Positions 1 to 10,132 are shown, counted from the first letter of the stretch. The stretch is 51,592 nt of DNA from Candidatus Omnitrophota bacterium (GCA_043803685.1 JAZDJU010000034.1:1-51592), one strand, 5' to 3'. Translations and numbers: made by a program. The notes: a model not told the origin generated them from the sequence alone.

Positions 1-1
1 C

Positions 2-379
2 CGCGCGAAGGAGCAGGAGATCGAGGAAACCCAATGGGCCGAGGATATCCGTATCCGGGAGCATGAGCGTGAGGTCAGGCGTCTTTTCCATGAGACGAAG
101 GCTCTGCGCCAGAAGATAAGGATGACGGACGCTTTTCTCAAGGAAAATGAGGAAAACTACAAGAACGAGAAAACGCGTCTTGTCACGGGCGGTAAAGGCG
201 CTGGGGAACTTCTGGGATCCTTTATTGCTTTAGAAGAGGCGCGCTCGGCGTCTGTCCAGGCGGTCGCGGAATACCGGATACAAATGGCGCGTCTTCAGCG
301 GACCCGGGCTTTTAAACCCGCGGCAATAGAAACGCTCCCGGAGAAGAGTGTTACGGATCTTGAGGAGGATCGATCGTGA
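2..379 (+). CDS. C-terminal part of a TolC-like outer-membrane efflux protein (5' end outside window)
   Basis: Frame is open from base 2 (RAKEQEIEE...EVRRLFHE...ENYKNEKTRLVTGGKGAGELL...ALEEAR...AVAEYRIQMARLQR), the helical pattern of an OEP C-terminal repeat. A HlyD adaptor lies two genes downstream and the stop overlaps the next GTG. Confidence 0.6.
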   Translation, partial: RAKEQEIEETQWAEDIRIREHEREVRRLFHETKALRQKIRMTDAFLKENEENYKNEKTRLVTGGKGAGELLGSFIALEEARSASVQAVAEYRIQMARLQRTRAFKPAAIETLPEKSVTDLEEDRS

Positions 380-1965
380 GATCTCTTCGAGCGATCCCGA
401 GAGGCCGCTTTCCGCTGAGTCCGGAGGCGAGGACCGCGATATTGCTTGGCGCGGTCGCGCTCCTGACAGGCCTTGCGGTGTGGCTCGTGTCATCGGCGAT
501 CGTATGGACGGAGGAATCCCTTTGGTTCGGGATCCTCTGGGTCGCGGGCTTCGGATTTTTGTTCTTTGACGTGGCGTTCCTTTTTTCTTTGAGCGTTCTG
601 CGGCCTTTCCTTAAAGAAACGGCGCTCAAGGGTGCCTTCATCAAAGAATTTCCGAAGACCGCGATCGTCTATCCCGTCCGAAACGAATCCCATGGTCTTT
701 TCGAACGGATCGGGTATTCCTTTTCGGGGAATAAGCTTCCGGATACCGATCTTTGGGTCCTGTCCGATTCTTCGGCCGAGTTTGAGTCGTATGAACGGGA
801 GATCGTCGCAAAACTTTCAGCGAGTTATACGGATCGTATTTTTTACAGACGCAGGGAAGTTCCCGTTGAACGAAAACAGGGAAATATCGCGGAGTTTCTG
901 AATTCGCACCCCGAATACGTCTATCTCTATGTTTGCGACGCCGACGGGATGATCCCCAAGGGGACGCTTCTCAAACTGCTCAGAAAGGCCGAGGATCCGG
1001 AGAACAAGGACATCGCGATCTTTCAGGCGTTCATCAGGATCGCACACGCCACTAGCTGGTACGCCCGTTTCGAAAAGATCGGGACAAATTTCGCCCAGCG
1101 ATTCAATTTCGCTTCCTTTCAGGCGATCTTTGGCCGGACCATTTCCTTTGGGCATCATCACCTCGTGCGGGCCGGACTTCTTTCGAGGATCAAGCTTCCG
1201 AGGGGACTGCTTTCCCATGATAACTGGGATACGGTCCTCTTGGACAAAATGGGATACCGTGTGGCGTTCTGCGCGGATGTTCATGCGTATGACGAAGCGC
1301 CGCCCAGCTATCTTGAGGCGAGGGCGAGAGCTCGACGGTGGGCTCGAGGGACGCTGCAAGGTATCCCGCTTATTTTTATGCCGAAGATCAGCCTCGCCTC
1401 GCGGTTCCTCGCGTTCTTTGGAATCTATCTTTATGCGGCGGATGTCGTGTTCTTCTTTTGGCTCATCTTCGGTCTTCTCGCCCATTCCTGTCTTGCGGGC
1501 GAGCTTATCCATTTCGAGATCGATTCCATCTGGCTCGGCGCCTGCACGAACAGCAAACTTAAGTGGACACTCATTTTCAGCGTTGCCGTAGTTTATTTCC
1601 ACAAACTCTGCCTGCTGAAAAACTTGAAGGACCTGAAGGATTTTCTCTACGAACTGGTTGTTTCGACCTTCCTCACCCTGAACAATGTTTTCTACACGCC
1701 TCTGGACATCGCAAGCATCCCGCTCGGGAAACTCCACTGGAAGCCCATGGCGAAAGATCCTTTCGCCAAGGTGAACCTTCAAAATACCGCGAAGGTCCTT
1801 TGGCCGGGGACCGTCGCGGGTCTCTCAGGTCTTTATTTCTGTTTGTTTCTAACGCCTTACTTCATCTGGCAGGCGACGCCCCTTTTGACAAGCCTGATCC
1901 TTTCCATTCCCGTTGCGTACTGGACCGCAAGATCGGTTCCGGAACGGTGCAAGGCATGGATCTAA
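376..1965 (+). CDS. OpgH/MdoH-like membrane glycosyltransferase family 2
   Basis: LSDS, YRRR..RKQGNIAEF, DADG, LLSHD and RARRWARGTLQ match the OpgH motifs (RKAGNI, DADS, LSHD, RRWCQGNLQ). TM helices at both termini. Confidence 0.8.
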   Translation: MRSLRAIPRGRFPLSPEARTAILLGAVALLTGLAVWLVSSAIVWTEESLWFGILWVAGFGFLFFDVAFLFSLSVLRPFLKETALKGAFIKEFPKTAIVYPVRNESHGLFERIGYSFSGNKLPDTDLWVLSDSSAEFESYEREIVAKLSASYTDRIFYRRREVPVERKQGNIAEFLNSHPEYVYLYVCDADGMIPKGTLLKLLRKAEDPENKDIAIFQAFIRIAHATSWYARFEKIGTNFAQRFNFASFQAIFGRTISFGHHHLVRAGLLSRIKLPRGLLSHDNWDTVLLDKMGYRVAFCADVHAYDEAPPSYLEARARARRWARGTLQGIPLIFMPKISLASRFLAFFGIYLYAADVVFFFWLIFGLLAHSCLAGELIHFEIDSIWLGACTNSKLKWTLIFSVAVVYFHKLCLLKNLKDLKDFLYELVVSTFLTLNNVFYTPLDIASIPLGKLHWKPMAKDPFAKVNLQNTAKVLWPGTVAGLSGLYFCLFLTPYFIWQATPLLTSLILSIPVAYWTARSVPERCKAWI

Positions 1966-1989
1966 TTCAAATAAGGAGAGATCAAGAAT

Positions 1990-2919
1990 ATGACGCAGAA
2001 AGAAATTCACGCTCAGGAAAAAGCACCCGCTCTTTTTGAAGAGACAAAAGAACCTCCTAAAAAAGGGAGGGTGAAGATGTTTATTTTAGTTCTGGCCGTT
2101 CTTTTAGGTGCTTTCTTCTGGCCGAAGCCGGTCATTAAGGGGGAAGCGATCCTTCAGGCGGAGCGATTCGCGAGGATCGGTCTTTCAAGTCCCGGAATGC
2201 TCAAGGAACTTCTTCACCAGAAGGGTGACCGGGTAAAAAAAGGGGAAGTGATCGCCCGCTTCGAAAACCTCAATATCAAACAGCGTTTGGAGGAGAAGAA
2301 ACTCGCTCTTGAGATCTTAAAGCTGGATAAGGATCGGCTTGCGAAGAAGGCGGGGTTTTTGACGCAGGAGAAGGACCGCAGCGACATTCTCTTTGAGAAC
2401 GGAGTGATCGGACAGACGGAACATGAGCGCACCGTTTACGGACTTGAAGAGTTGGAGCAGACGATCTCGATTAAAGCGAAAGAAATGGAATCCGCCGAGG
2501 CCGAGATCGGATTTCTCACGACGCAAGTGGAGGCGTTGGAGCTCAAAGCGCCGTTTGACGGGATTCTGCTTACGGACCCAAGCGAGCAAATCGGAAGCCC
2601 GCTTAAGGAAGGGGAATTCGTGCTCGAGTTCGCGGATCCGGGAACGTATTTCCTTGAGATGCTGATTCTCGAGAACATGATCCCGAAAGTTTCACTTGGG
2701 GATCCGGTGATGGCGAAATTCAACGCATTTCGCGGGAAAACCTTTTCGGGAGAAGTGATCCGCATTGCTCCTCGGGCAAGGGACGAGGTTGAAAAGGTGT
2801 TCAAGATCAAGCATGTCGTTGCCTGCGCGATCCGTCTTAAGGAAATGCCCCCTGACATTAAATACGGCATGCGGGCGGAGGCGGAGATATCGCCCGCGAA
2901 GGAAGGGTGGCGGAAATGA
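1990..2919 (+). CDS. HlyD-family membrane fusion (periplasmic adaptor) protein
   Basis: N-terminal TM, lipoyl half-motifs (GDRVKKGEVIARF; LKAPFDGI) flanking a coiled coil, and C-terminal GMRAEAEI. RBS AAGGAG upstream. Confidence 0.85.
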   Translation: MTQKEIHAQEKAPALFEETKEPPKKGRVKMFILVLAVLLGAFFWPKPVIKGEAILQAERFARIGLSSPGMLKELLHQKGDRVKKGEVIARFENLNIKQRLEEKKLALEILKLDKDRLAKKAGFLTQEKDRSDILFENGVIGQTEHERTVYGLEELEQTISIKAKEMESAEAEIGFLTTQVEALELKAPFDGILLTDPSEQIGSPLKEGEFVLEFADPGTYFLEMLILENMIPKVSLGDPVMAKFNAFRGKTFSGEVIRIAPRARDEVEKVFKIKHVVACAIRLKEMPPDIKYGMRAEAEISPAKEGWRK

Positions 2920-3104
2920 TACCCGAGGATCTCCATGAAGAGAACGACCGGTCGTTTGAAAGCGAGCTTGCGATGCTCTTTCACAAGGTCAGCGATGGGC
3001 GGCGGATACAGGATTTGAGAGTGTCTTTAAATTCAGTCAAGGAAAGCATGTGCTGGTGTCTACCCATCCAATTCGAACCCCAGGAGGAATCTTTCACTCT
3101 ATGA
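2916..3104 (+). CDS. Small hypothetical protein (62 aa)
   Basis: ATGA start/stop overlaps with both neighbours (2916-2919 and 3101-3104), consistent with translational coupling. Confidence 0.5.
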   Translation: MIPEDLHEENDRSFESELAMLFHKVSDGRRIQDLRVSLNSVKESMCWCLPIQFEPQEESFTL

Positions 3105-3856
3105 AAGCCATCATTCTCGCCGCCGGTTTTGGAACAAGACTCTATCCTCTTACGCGGAATATTCCCAAAGCGCTTTTAAAGCTCGGGGATAAGACTCTGC
3201 TGGATCATCTGGTCGGGAAGCTTGATCGTTTTCCGATCATTGACGAGATCGTTATCGTTAGCAGTAAACGCTTCTTCCAGAATTTCAAGAGATGGAAGAA
3301 AGACGCTTTTTATCAAAAGCCGATCCGTATCATCCATAACGGGGCTAATGATCCTGAAAAGTGCCCGGGGGCCGTGCGCGACCTGGAGTTGTCGCTTAGG
3401 CCGTCCCGGGGAACGCCGGAGAGTTTTCTTGTCTTTAGCGGAGATAATTATTTCGACTTTCCGATCGGGTATTTTCTACTGCCGTGTTTGGGGCATTCCC
3501 GGTGCACGTTCATAGGTCTGTATGACGTGGGGGAGAAAGCCTTAGCGTCCCAATACGGTGTGTTTGAAATGGGCGAGACCGGAAAGATCATCCGCTTTGA
3601 CGAGAAACCGGCTGCCCCGGCCTCCACGAAGGTAAGTGTGGGCGTTTATTACATGTCCCCGGAAGCACGTCTCAGGCTCTATGAGTACCTCGATATTGAA
3701 AAACGGAACCCTGAACGCATTGGAGATTTCTTTGCCTGGTTGACTGGCAAGGAACCTGTTTTCGGGGTGGTTTTCGAGGGGGCATGGTTTGACATTGGCA
3801 GTAAGGAATCTTATGAAGAAGCTACGAGACATGTTTGTCATGCACCGATCCGTTAA
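3101..3856 (+). CDS. Sugar-phosphate nucleotidyltransferase (NTP_transferase family)
   Basis: MKAIILAAGFGTRLYPLT..PKALL, GDN, FDEKP and WFDIGS motifs. Confidence 0.9.
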   Translation: MKAIILAAGFGTRLYPLTRNIPKALLKLGDKTLLDHLVGKLDRFPIIDEIVIVSSKRFFQNFKRWKKDAFYQKPIRIIHNGANDPEKCPGAVRDLELSLRPSRGTPESFLVFSGDNYFDFPIGYFLLPCLGHSRCTFIGLYDVGEKALASQYGVFEMGETGKIIRFDEKPAAPASTKVSVGVYYMSPEARLRLYEYLDIEKRNPERIGDFFAWLTGKEPVFGVVFEGAWFDIGSKESYEEATRHVCHAPIR

Positions 3857-4391
3857 CGCACTTATCCTATTCGCTACTCTTGCGGCGCTGAACGGCTGCG
3901 GAACAACGCCGGTGCCTCTTCCGGTCTTTTCGGGTGATGCTCGCGCCGAACATATTAAATCCGTTGCTCAGGCTCCGCCCAGCCATCTCGCGACCGTGAT
4001 GAAGTGTATTGCAGAGAACCTCGAGGAAAATGCCGGACTCAAGATCGCCGGAGTGATTTCAGAGGAAGGGGAATCGCCGTATGTTATTGCGACTCCTGAG
4101 AAGTCGGGCGGATTACTTGTGATGCGAATCAAGGAGATCGGTATCGCTGACCCATCCTCTGGGATTCGGATGACGCTGCAATTAAGAGTGTTCGATGGCT
4201 TGGGCGAACATATTTACACCAGAAGCATTACGGGTGTCTCAGGGGCTAACCCGCCCCAAAACCCGTCTCCCGGCATCGAAGAGGCGCTCCGGACTGTCAC
4301 GAAGGATATTCTCCGGCAATATGCCAAAGATCCCACTCTTCGTCCGCTTATTCTCAAATACAAGCTCGGTTCCTTGCTGAAGTTTGGCTAA
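3840..4391 (+). CDS. Putative lipoprotein
   Basis: Signal peptide with lipobox (MHRSVNALILFATLAALNG-C). Alternative ATG at 3831. Confidence 0.6.
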   Translation: MHRSVNALILFATLAALNGCGTTPVPLPVFSGDARAEHIKSVAQAPPSHLATVMKCIAENLEENAGLKIAGVISEEGESPYVIATPEKSGGLLVMRIKEIGIADPSSGIRMTLQLRVFDGLGEHIYTRSITGVSGANPPQNPSPGIEEALRTVTKDILRQYAKDPTLRPLILKYKLGSLLKFG

Positions 4392-4408
4392 CACCCGTTG
4401 AGGAGGAT

Positions 4409-5449
4409 ATGAGTAAAGCGGTTGTCATTCTCGGGGCCGGGGCTTCGTCTGATTTTGGAGTGCCGACCTTGCAAGGAATCTTCAAGGACAAGTGGGCGAG
4501 GCAGTATCTTAAGCAGGATTCCTTTCTTGCTCAGAAGTTGGACGAGATCTTCTGGGCCCCGCGAGGTCATACTCTCGAATCCTCGGATCAATCTGTGACT
4601 ATCGAGGAGATGCTAACCATACTAAGAGATTGGGAGAACGAACCAAACTGCAGGAAATGTCCCGAGCTTAATCTTTTTGCCGAGTTTCGAAAACGGCTAT
4701 ATGTCCTGATCATGCGTGCTGTCTTTGAAGGGAAGTCGACTAAAGCGGCTCACCTTAACCCGTTAATCCAAGCCTGCGATGAGACATTCGAACAAGTTAC
4801 TTGGGCCTCCTTTAATTGGGACTGCGTTTTTGACGCCTCCTTCTGGTATTGGCAGTCATGGGCCGGTCCGGGGTCAAGATCTAATCCGTCGCTAGCTATC
4901 TCCATAGATAATTGGTACGGAGGCTGGGCGAAACATCTCTTTTTGAAGCTACACGGCGGGATCAACTGGTGGATGATAAATGGACGTCTTACCTATGTTC
5001 GCTTCGCGTCCTCGGGTGACTTGGAGCAGAAATGGAACGAATATTCGAAAGATCGGAATTCCTCAGACCAGCCGGTCATTTTAGAACCCAGCGCCTACAA
5101 ATACTGCGGCGACTTTTATAAGCTTCTTGCGCCCCAGTGGAGCAAATTCTTCGAGAGGTTATGTGAGGCTGATTGCATTGTCATCATTGGGTATTCGCTG
5201 CCGGAAGGGGATGCGCAAGCCAGGTCAAAAATGATGACGGCTTTTAACATAAATAAAAAGTGTAAATGGCTTCTCATTGATCCTTCCGAATCGACATGCG
5301 TCCGGTTTATTCGCCTTATGGGGCAGAAGTCACTGACGGTGTTAAGGAAGGGGCTGGCGGGCTTCAATCATGATGTCCGCGCTGATTTGCAGCAGGCGTT
5401 TCCTGATATTGATTTCTCAGAAGCATCTAAGAGGGAGAGGCCAAATTAA
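4409..5449 (+). CDS. SIR2-like (SIR2_2) NAD-binding protein, probable defence NADase
   Basis: VVILGAGAS..G.P, SFNWD, LKLHGG.NW and IIGYSL motifs. RBS GAGGAGG. Confidence 0.85.
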   Translation: MSKAVVILGAGASSDFGVPTLQGIFKDKWARQYLKQDSFLAQKLDEIFWAPRGHTLESSDQSVTIEEMLTILRDWENEPNCRKCPELNLFAEFRKRLYVLIMRAVFEGKSTKAAHLNPLIQACDETFEQVTWASFNWDCVFDASFWYWQSWAGPGSRSNPSLAISIDNWYGGWAKHLFLKLHGGINWWMINGRLTYVRFASSGDLEQKWNEYSKDRNSSDQPVILEPSAYKYCGDFYKLLAPQWSKFFERLCEADCIVIIGYSLPEGDAQARSKMMTAFNINKKCKWLLIDPSESTCVRFIRLMGQKSLTVLRKGLAGFNHDVRADLQQAFPDIDFSEASKRERPN

Positions 5450-5721
5450 GAATCCTGCTTATGTCGTTATCGTGATTAAATGCGTCGCAAGGTATGGCTT
5501 AAATGGATTCATCAATACCTGCTTAGTTTAAATTTGAAGAAATATTTTTTGATTAGGACGAGGTTCGCCGCGGAAGTATACTACCCAAATAGAGAGAGGG
5601 CTTTTGTGCGGCCTAGCAGTGAAGACGAATTTGAAATAGTTTAATTTTTTTTGAAAAGTAATCAGCTTCTTAAATAGTCCAGTTGCTTAAGAACAGAGAA
5701 GATGCGGGAAAAGAGGCTTTT

Positions 5722-8700
5722 ATGAGTAACGATTTTCGAAAAACAATTTTGTTGGATGACGATCCAGCAGAGCTTGACTATTTCGAATCACATCAATCAA
5801 TTGCTGACGCTATTGATGTATTAATTCAGACTGAGAAAGGGAGGAAATCCATAGCTCTTATCGGTACAAGAGGAAGCGGTAAATCTTCCATCATTAATTT
5901 TCTCTCGAAGATCTTTAATCGAAATAACCATGCCAAAATCTTTACATTTGATGCCTGGTCTCACTCGGGGGATCCGCTGAGGCGTTCTTTTTTAGAGGAA
6001 TTCGTAAAGTTTTTAGAGAAAATCCATTGGGTCGAAAAAAATGAATGGCAAGTAGCGTTAGAGACTCTTAGTAGAAAGAGAGAGGAACGGGATACTAAGA
6101 CGGAGCCAATTTTAACATTACCTGGAAGGCTAATAATTGCTTCGACGATTTTTTTACCTTTGGGGTATGCGCTTTTTGGATTAATTGACAAAGAAGTGCC
6201 TGTTTCCAAGATTGTCTTTGGTTTTACGATTCAATTATGGGCGTTTGGTCTATTCATGGTTTTTCTTCCTGTCATCATTGTATTGTTGACTTGGTTATGT
6301 TGGAGACCTACCTGGAAGTGTTTCAGAAAAGAGTTTTGGACGAAGCACCGAGCCCCACATGGAGCTGATTCATTGTTTTCTTTCTTTATAAATAAAGTAA
6401 GGGAAACTAACAGTGTGACAACAATAAGAACTCCGGATCCGACCACTATTGAATTTCAAAATGTCTTTAAAGATATATTGAATGATGTCTTAGATTTGGA
6501 TGATAGTCGGAAGAATGAACGCAAGCTCGTGGTGGTTATTGATAATTTAGATAGGGTGGATCAGAGCGAGGCTTATTCTATATGGTCAACCATGAGAACT
6601 TTTTTTGATCTGTGGAGTGGACAAACTCAAAAGAATTGGTTGGAAAAATTTTGTTTAATTGTTCCTTTTGCGCCAGAATTTCCAAAGGAGGTTTTTGATT
6701 TTGATGAAGCGGCTGTTGAGCCGGGTAACGATAAACGGCAGCAAGACATTTCCAAAGGGGGGACTGGAGTTTCCTTCGTGGAAAAAACATTCCAAGCGAT
6801 TTTTTACGTACCTCTTCCAGTCTTATCGAAATGGAAAGATTATCTAGTTGCTGAGCTCGGTAAAGCATTCCCGGAGCATAAACAAAGCAAACCGGACGTT
6901 TTTCATCAAATTTATAGGATATATGATATTGCGAAAGTTCAAAAAGATGGTCCTCCAACGCCACGTGATTTGAAACTATTTATAAACAAAATGGGTTCCC
7001 GCAATCGCATTTGGGGAAATAATATAGAATTAGCGCATCAAGCAATTCATGTGCTTTATTTTGATGAGATGCAAAAAGGCCGATCATTTGATCTTATTAA
7101 GTGGTCTGTTATTGAAAAGCGGATTTTGAATATGTTTGACAACGAAGAGCTGCAGCGGAATTTGGCCGCTTTGCATTTTAATGTTAAAGCAGATATCGCA
7201 TTGCAAGCTTTGGCGGGAGGGCAGGTCAGGGCGGCTTTGCAAAAAGGGGACAAGGATAGTCTGAAGCAGTTATCAGAGAACGTTACTGGGTTTTTCACAG
7301 TTCTTGAAAGAGAGGTTACCGATAATTGCATGTCTTGGGTTGAAGCGGAACCTAATACGATACCTATGGCGGCTATGGCGATGGGTGTGTTTGCTGATCG
7401 GTCTGCCCCTGAGTGGAACCGAATCGAAGATCACTTGCAAAGCGCCGCTTCAAAAGTTATTGAATGGCGATCTGTCGATGAACAAGTTGCCGAGGGGCTC
7501 TCAATCGTTATTCAAAGAGCAACTGCCAAAGGTGCTGAATCCGTTCTCGAAAATCTTATTGATAGTATTTCAAGGACAGCACCAGAGCAAAAGTCTGATC
7601 AAGGCAAGACTGTTATACCAAAGCCGATCGAGTTAATTAAACAACACGTCAAGGGACTTGGCCGAATTCTTAAAGCATTTGAACGCACAGGACAAGAGCG
7701 TCTAAGGGGGAGGTTTAGGATCCCTGGGATTGAGAGAACTTATGTTCAAGTGCTGAGTTGCCTTGGGTTGGAGTCAGATGCTAATAATGTTGCGCAGTAT
7801 TTTGTCCCTACAGCTGATGGTGCTAAAGTTGTGGAGGAATTTTCACGAATTTGTAATGAGGGACAGTTTTTAGATATTCATGCTCAATCAATCCGGATGG
7901 CAATTAAGATTGGTCCGGAATGGCCTTGGCATAATTTAATAGGTCCCCTTCATACTCGATTGCAAAATACCAATAATTTAACACCGGTTGAGATAACTGG
8001 ATGTGTTCTTGCTTTTAATTATTTAGTTAATAGCAAGGTTGTCCAAAATGCGGAAACTTCTCTGGAGGAATTATGCAATCAAGGGCATCTTTTCCACCAT
8101 TTAGCAGCCGTATCGAATGATGCAAAGGGTTTTGCCTCATGCTTAGTGCCGTTAACTTATTACAATCCGACCGGACAATTGTCTATACGTCGGCCTGTCG
8201 GGAATGTCGCAAGCGGTTTGCAGGAATATAGAAATGCTCTTGCGAATCCCCTAAGTAAGAAGGATGCTGTCGACGCATTTTCTAACATGTTAGTTGATAT
8301 GAATAAATTAGCCGAGTTTCTAGAAAAAACTCAAAATGTTACCGAGCAACACGCTCTTGTCTCGCATGTTTTTAAAGCAACCTTATCAACTGAAAACGGT
8401 TATAAAAATCTTCCTTCGACCCAGCTAGTAAAAGCTTATCATTGCTACCGTTCACGAATTGATGACGCGTTGTTTGAAAAGCACATTTTGAATCTTGTCG
8501 AAAAAGACAGCCTTATGAAAGTTCTTGGGGAAAATGTATTTGAAAATGAATGCGCGTCGCTATATCTGGAAGTAATTCGAGCTAAAGATAGATGTAAAGA
8601 GCAGGTCGCCTTCTTTATTGATTTTTTATTAAATGGCTTGCGCAATGTCCATGCTGATATCTGGAAAAAGCAGTTGTCGTCTGAAGGCGATATCCTTCGG

Positions 8701-9273
8701 TTGGTCATTGAATTGGCCAAACAAGGAAGTCCAGTCGATTTGGCAGAACATTATCATGAGGCTCTTTTGGACCATGCGCGAGATGTTATGGACGAAAAGA
8801 TTTATCCAAGCAAGTTGGTTGGTGAATGGAACTATGTTTTGCTGGCCTTAAAAGATGATTGGAAAGAAACTTTTTTGAAAAATATGAGGGATAAACTTCT
8901 TATTGAAGCTGAAAATCAGAAAAAAACTAAAATTTTGGAGTTGTATAGTGATGCGTATAAGGATAATCAATTTCTGGAAGATAAATCAGAAGATATCGTT
9001 AGACGAATGTTAACGCATATTGTTAAACGAAGTGATGGGAAAGAGCTCGCTACAATAGAAGGCTTTCTTAAGTTCAAGGCGGACCTTTTTAAGAAAGCTC
9101 CGAAAACAGTGCGAAGTATTTTCTCTGAAGTTCTCTGCGATGCCCTGCAGGGTTCGAAAGAATCTGCAGATGACAGCAAAGCGAGGTTGTCAAATATAGC
9201 CGCTTTATTAGGGATTCAAAAGTCCGGGAATCCAAAATCTTCAGATGAAAACGTGGCCCCTCCCGCGGCTTAG
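5722..9273 (+). CDS. KAP-family P-loop NTPase with two TM helices and a long helical C-terminus
   Basis: Walker A GTRGSGKS, FDAW, two TM segments inserted in the NTPase, Walker B VVVIDNLDR, FVEKTF and TPRDLK. ATG 5722 follows AAGAGG. AT-rich coding sequence. Confidence 0.85.
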   Translation: MSNDFRKTILLDDDPAELDYFESHQSIADAIDVLIQTEKGRKSIALIGTRGSGKSSIINFLSKIFNRNNHAKIFTFDAWSHSGDPLRRSFLEEFVKFLEKIHWVEKNEWQVALETLSRKREERDTKTEPILTLPGRLIIASTIFLPLGYALFGLIDKEVPVSKIVFGFTIQLWAFGLFMVFLPVIIVLLTWLCWRPTWKCFRKEFWTKHRAPHGADSLFSFFINKVRETNSVTTIRTPDPTTIEFQNVFKDILNDVLDLDDSRKNERKLVVVIDNLDRVDQSEAYSIWSTMRTFFDLWSGQTQKNWLEKFCLIVPFAPEFPKEVFDFDEAAVEPGNDKRQQDISKGGTGVSFVEKTFQAIFYVPLPVLSKWKDYLVAELGKAFPEHKQSKPDVFHQIYRIYDIAKVQKDGPPTPRDLKLFINKMGSRNRIWGNNIELAHQAIHVLYFDEMQKGRSFDLIKWSVIEKRILNMFDNEELQRNLAALHFNVKADIALQALAGGQVRAALQKGDKDSLKQLSENVTGFFTVLEREVTDNCMSWVEAEPNTIPMAAMAMGVFADRSAPEWNRIEDHLQSAASKVIEWRSVDEQVAEGLSIVIQRATAKGAESVLENLIDSISRTAPEQKSDQGKTVIPKPIELIKQHVKGLGRILKAFERTGQERLRGRFRIPGIERTYVQVLSCLGLESDANNVAQYFVPTADGAKVVEEFSRICNEGQFLDIHAQSIRMAIKIGPEWPWHNLIGPLHTRLQNTNNLTPVEITGCVLAFNYLVNSKVVQNAETSLEELCNQGHLFHHLAAVSNDAKGFASCLVPLTYYNPTGQLSIRRPVGNVASGLQEYRNALANPLSKKDAVDAFSNMLVDMNKLAEFLEKTQNVTEQHALVSHVFKATLSTENGYKNLPSTQLVKAYHCYRSRIDDALFEKHILNLVEKDSLMKVLGENVFENECASLYLEVIRAKDRCKEQVAFFIDFLLNGLRNVHADIWKKQLSSEGDILRLVIELAKQGSPVDLAEHYHEALLDHARDVMDEKIYPSKLVGEWNYVLLALKDDWKETFLKNMRDKLLIEAENQKKTKILELYSDAYKDNQFLEDKSEDIVRRMLTHIVKRSDGKELATIEGFLKFKADLFKKAPKTVRSIFSEVLCDALQGSKESADDSKARLSNIAALLGIQKSGNPKSSDENVAPPAA

Positions 9274-9326
9274 CCAACCAGCTGTAATGTCGTAATTTTC
9301 CTTAGGCGCGAGATTAATACGGCCAT

Positions 9327-9755
9327 ATGACTGAAATCGAATCTTATCTAGCATTATTAACAGGAACCCATCCCTCGATTCAATCTATTTGGCTAATTGG
9401 ATCAAGAGCTAATGGCGCATCAAATGTTAATTCCGATTGGGACTTGATTGTATTTGCAACGGAAGATATTTTACAAAATCTTCAGAGCTGTAGATCGATT
9501 CATGTGAGAGAAATAGATCTTCTCGTTGTCTATAATTGCAAAGGTGATTTTAAGAAACCGTGGGCTGAGCAGGACGGAAATTTCAAAACCGGCAATCTTG
9601 AAGATTGGGGTTGGCAGGAACAATCGGAAACAAAAGCTACGTATAGGCAACAATGGCGGAAAAAAGGGCCGACCACAGTTGATGGCTTTACTGAATTGGA
9701 TTATTGTGATGAAAGGTTAATAGCCCAAAAGGTATGGCCTCAACGAACCTGTTAG
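9327..9755 (+). CDS. Minimal nucleotidyltransferase (Pol-beta superfamily, MNT-like)
   Basis: IWLIGSRANG....SDWDLIV (GS + DxD) and a later IDLLV strand. Confidence 0.75.
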   Translation: MTEIESYLALLTGTHPSIQSIWLIGSRANGASNVNSDWDLIVFATEDILQNLQSCRSIHVREIDLLVVYNCKGDFKKPWAEQDGNFKTGNLEDWGWQEQSETKATYRQQWRKKGPTTVDGFTELDYCDERLIAQKVWPQRTC

Positions 9756-10132
9756 ATCTAAGCGCGTTTTACATAGTGTAATAATGGAATGTCGTTCTTT
9801 ACATAAAACATGAGATTCTTTTGTGAGTGATGAATGAGAAAAAAGAAGCGGAAAAGAGTGGGTGCGAAGAAAGGGGGGGATGCAACCTCCGAAGTTTCTC
9901 GGGACATTCGAGCCCTTCAGAAAGCAATATTAACTGAGGAGGAACGAAAAGGATGAAGCGTCAGATATCTGGGGCTGTCAATATCCATCCCAGGATTTCA
10001 TAATTTGCGTGCATTGCGAGATTGTTCCTATATAGACAGGTGACGACAGAATGGGGCCAGGGATGACCGACTGCCGTCTTTTGCGTCATTGATGTCTGAC
10101 TAAACTGCTTAAATGGAAAGTTCAAAGGAGGG

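Noticed and set aside
4409..9273. Assignment to Thoeris, Sir2-HerA or DSR
   Set aside because: No TIR, Macro/SLOG or HerA partner; the NTPase is KAP-type and the SIR2 protein is short.
9834..10003. Tiny ORFs (40-aa basic ORF 9834-9956; 16-aa ORF from 9953 with a good RBS)
   Set aside because: Too short and no recognisable motif; possibly gene remnants, so not called.
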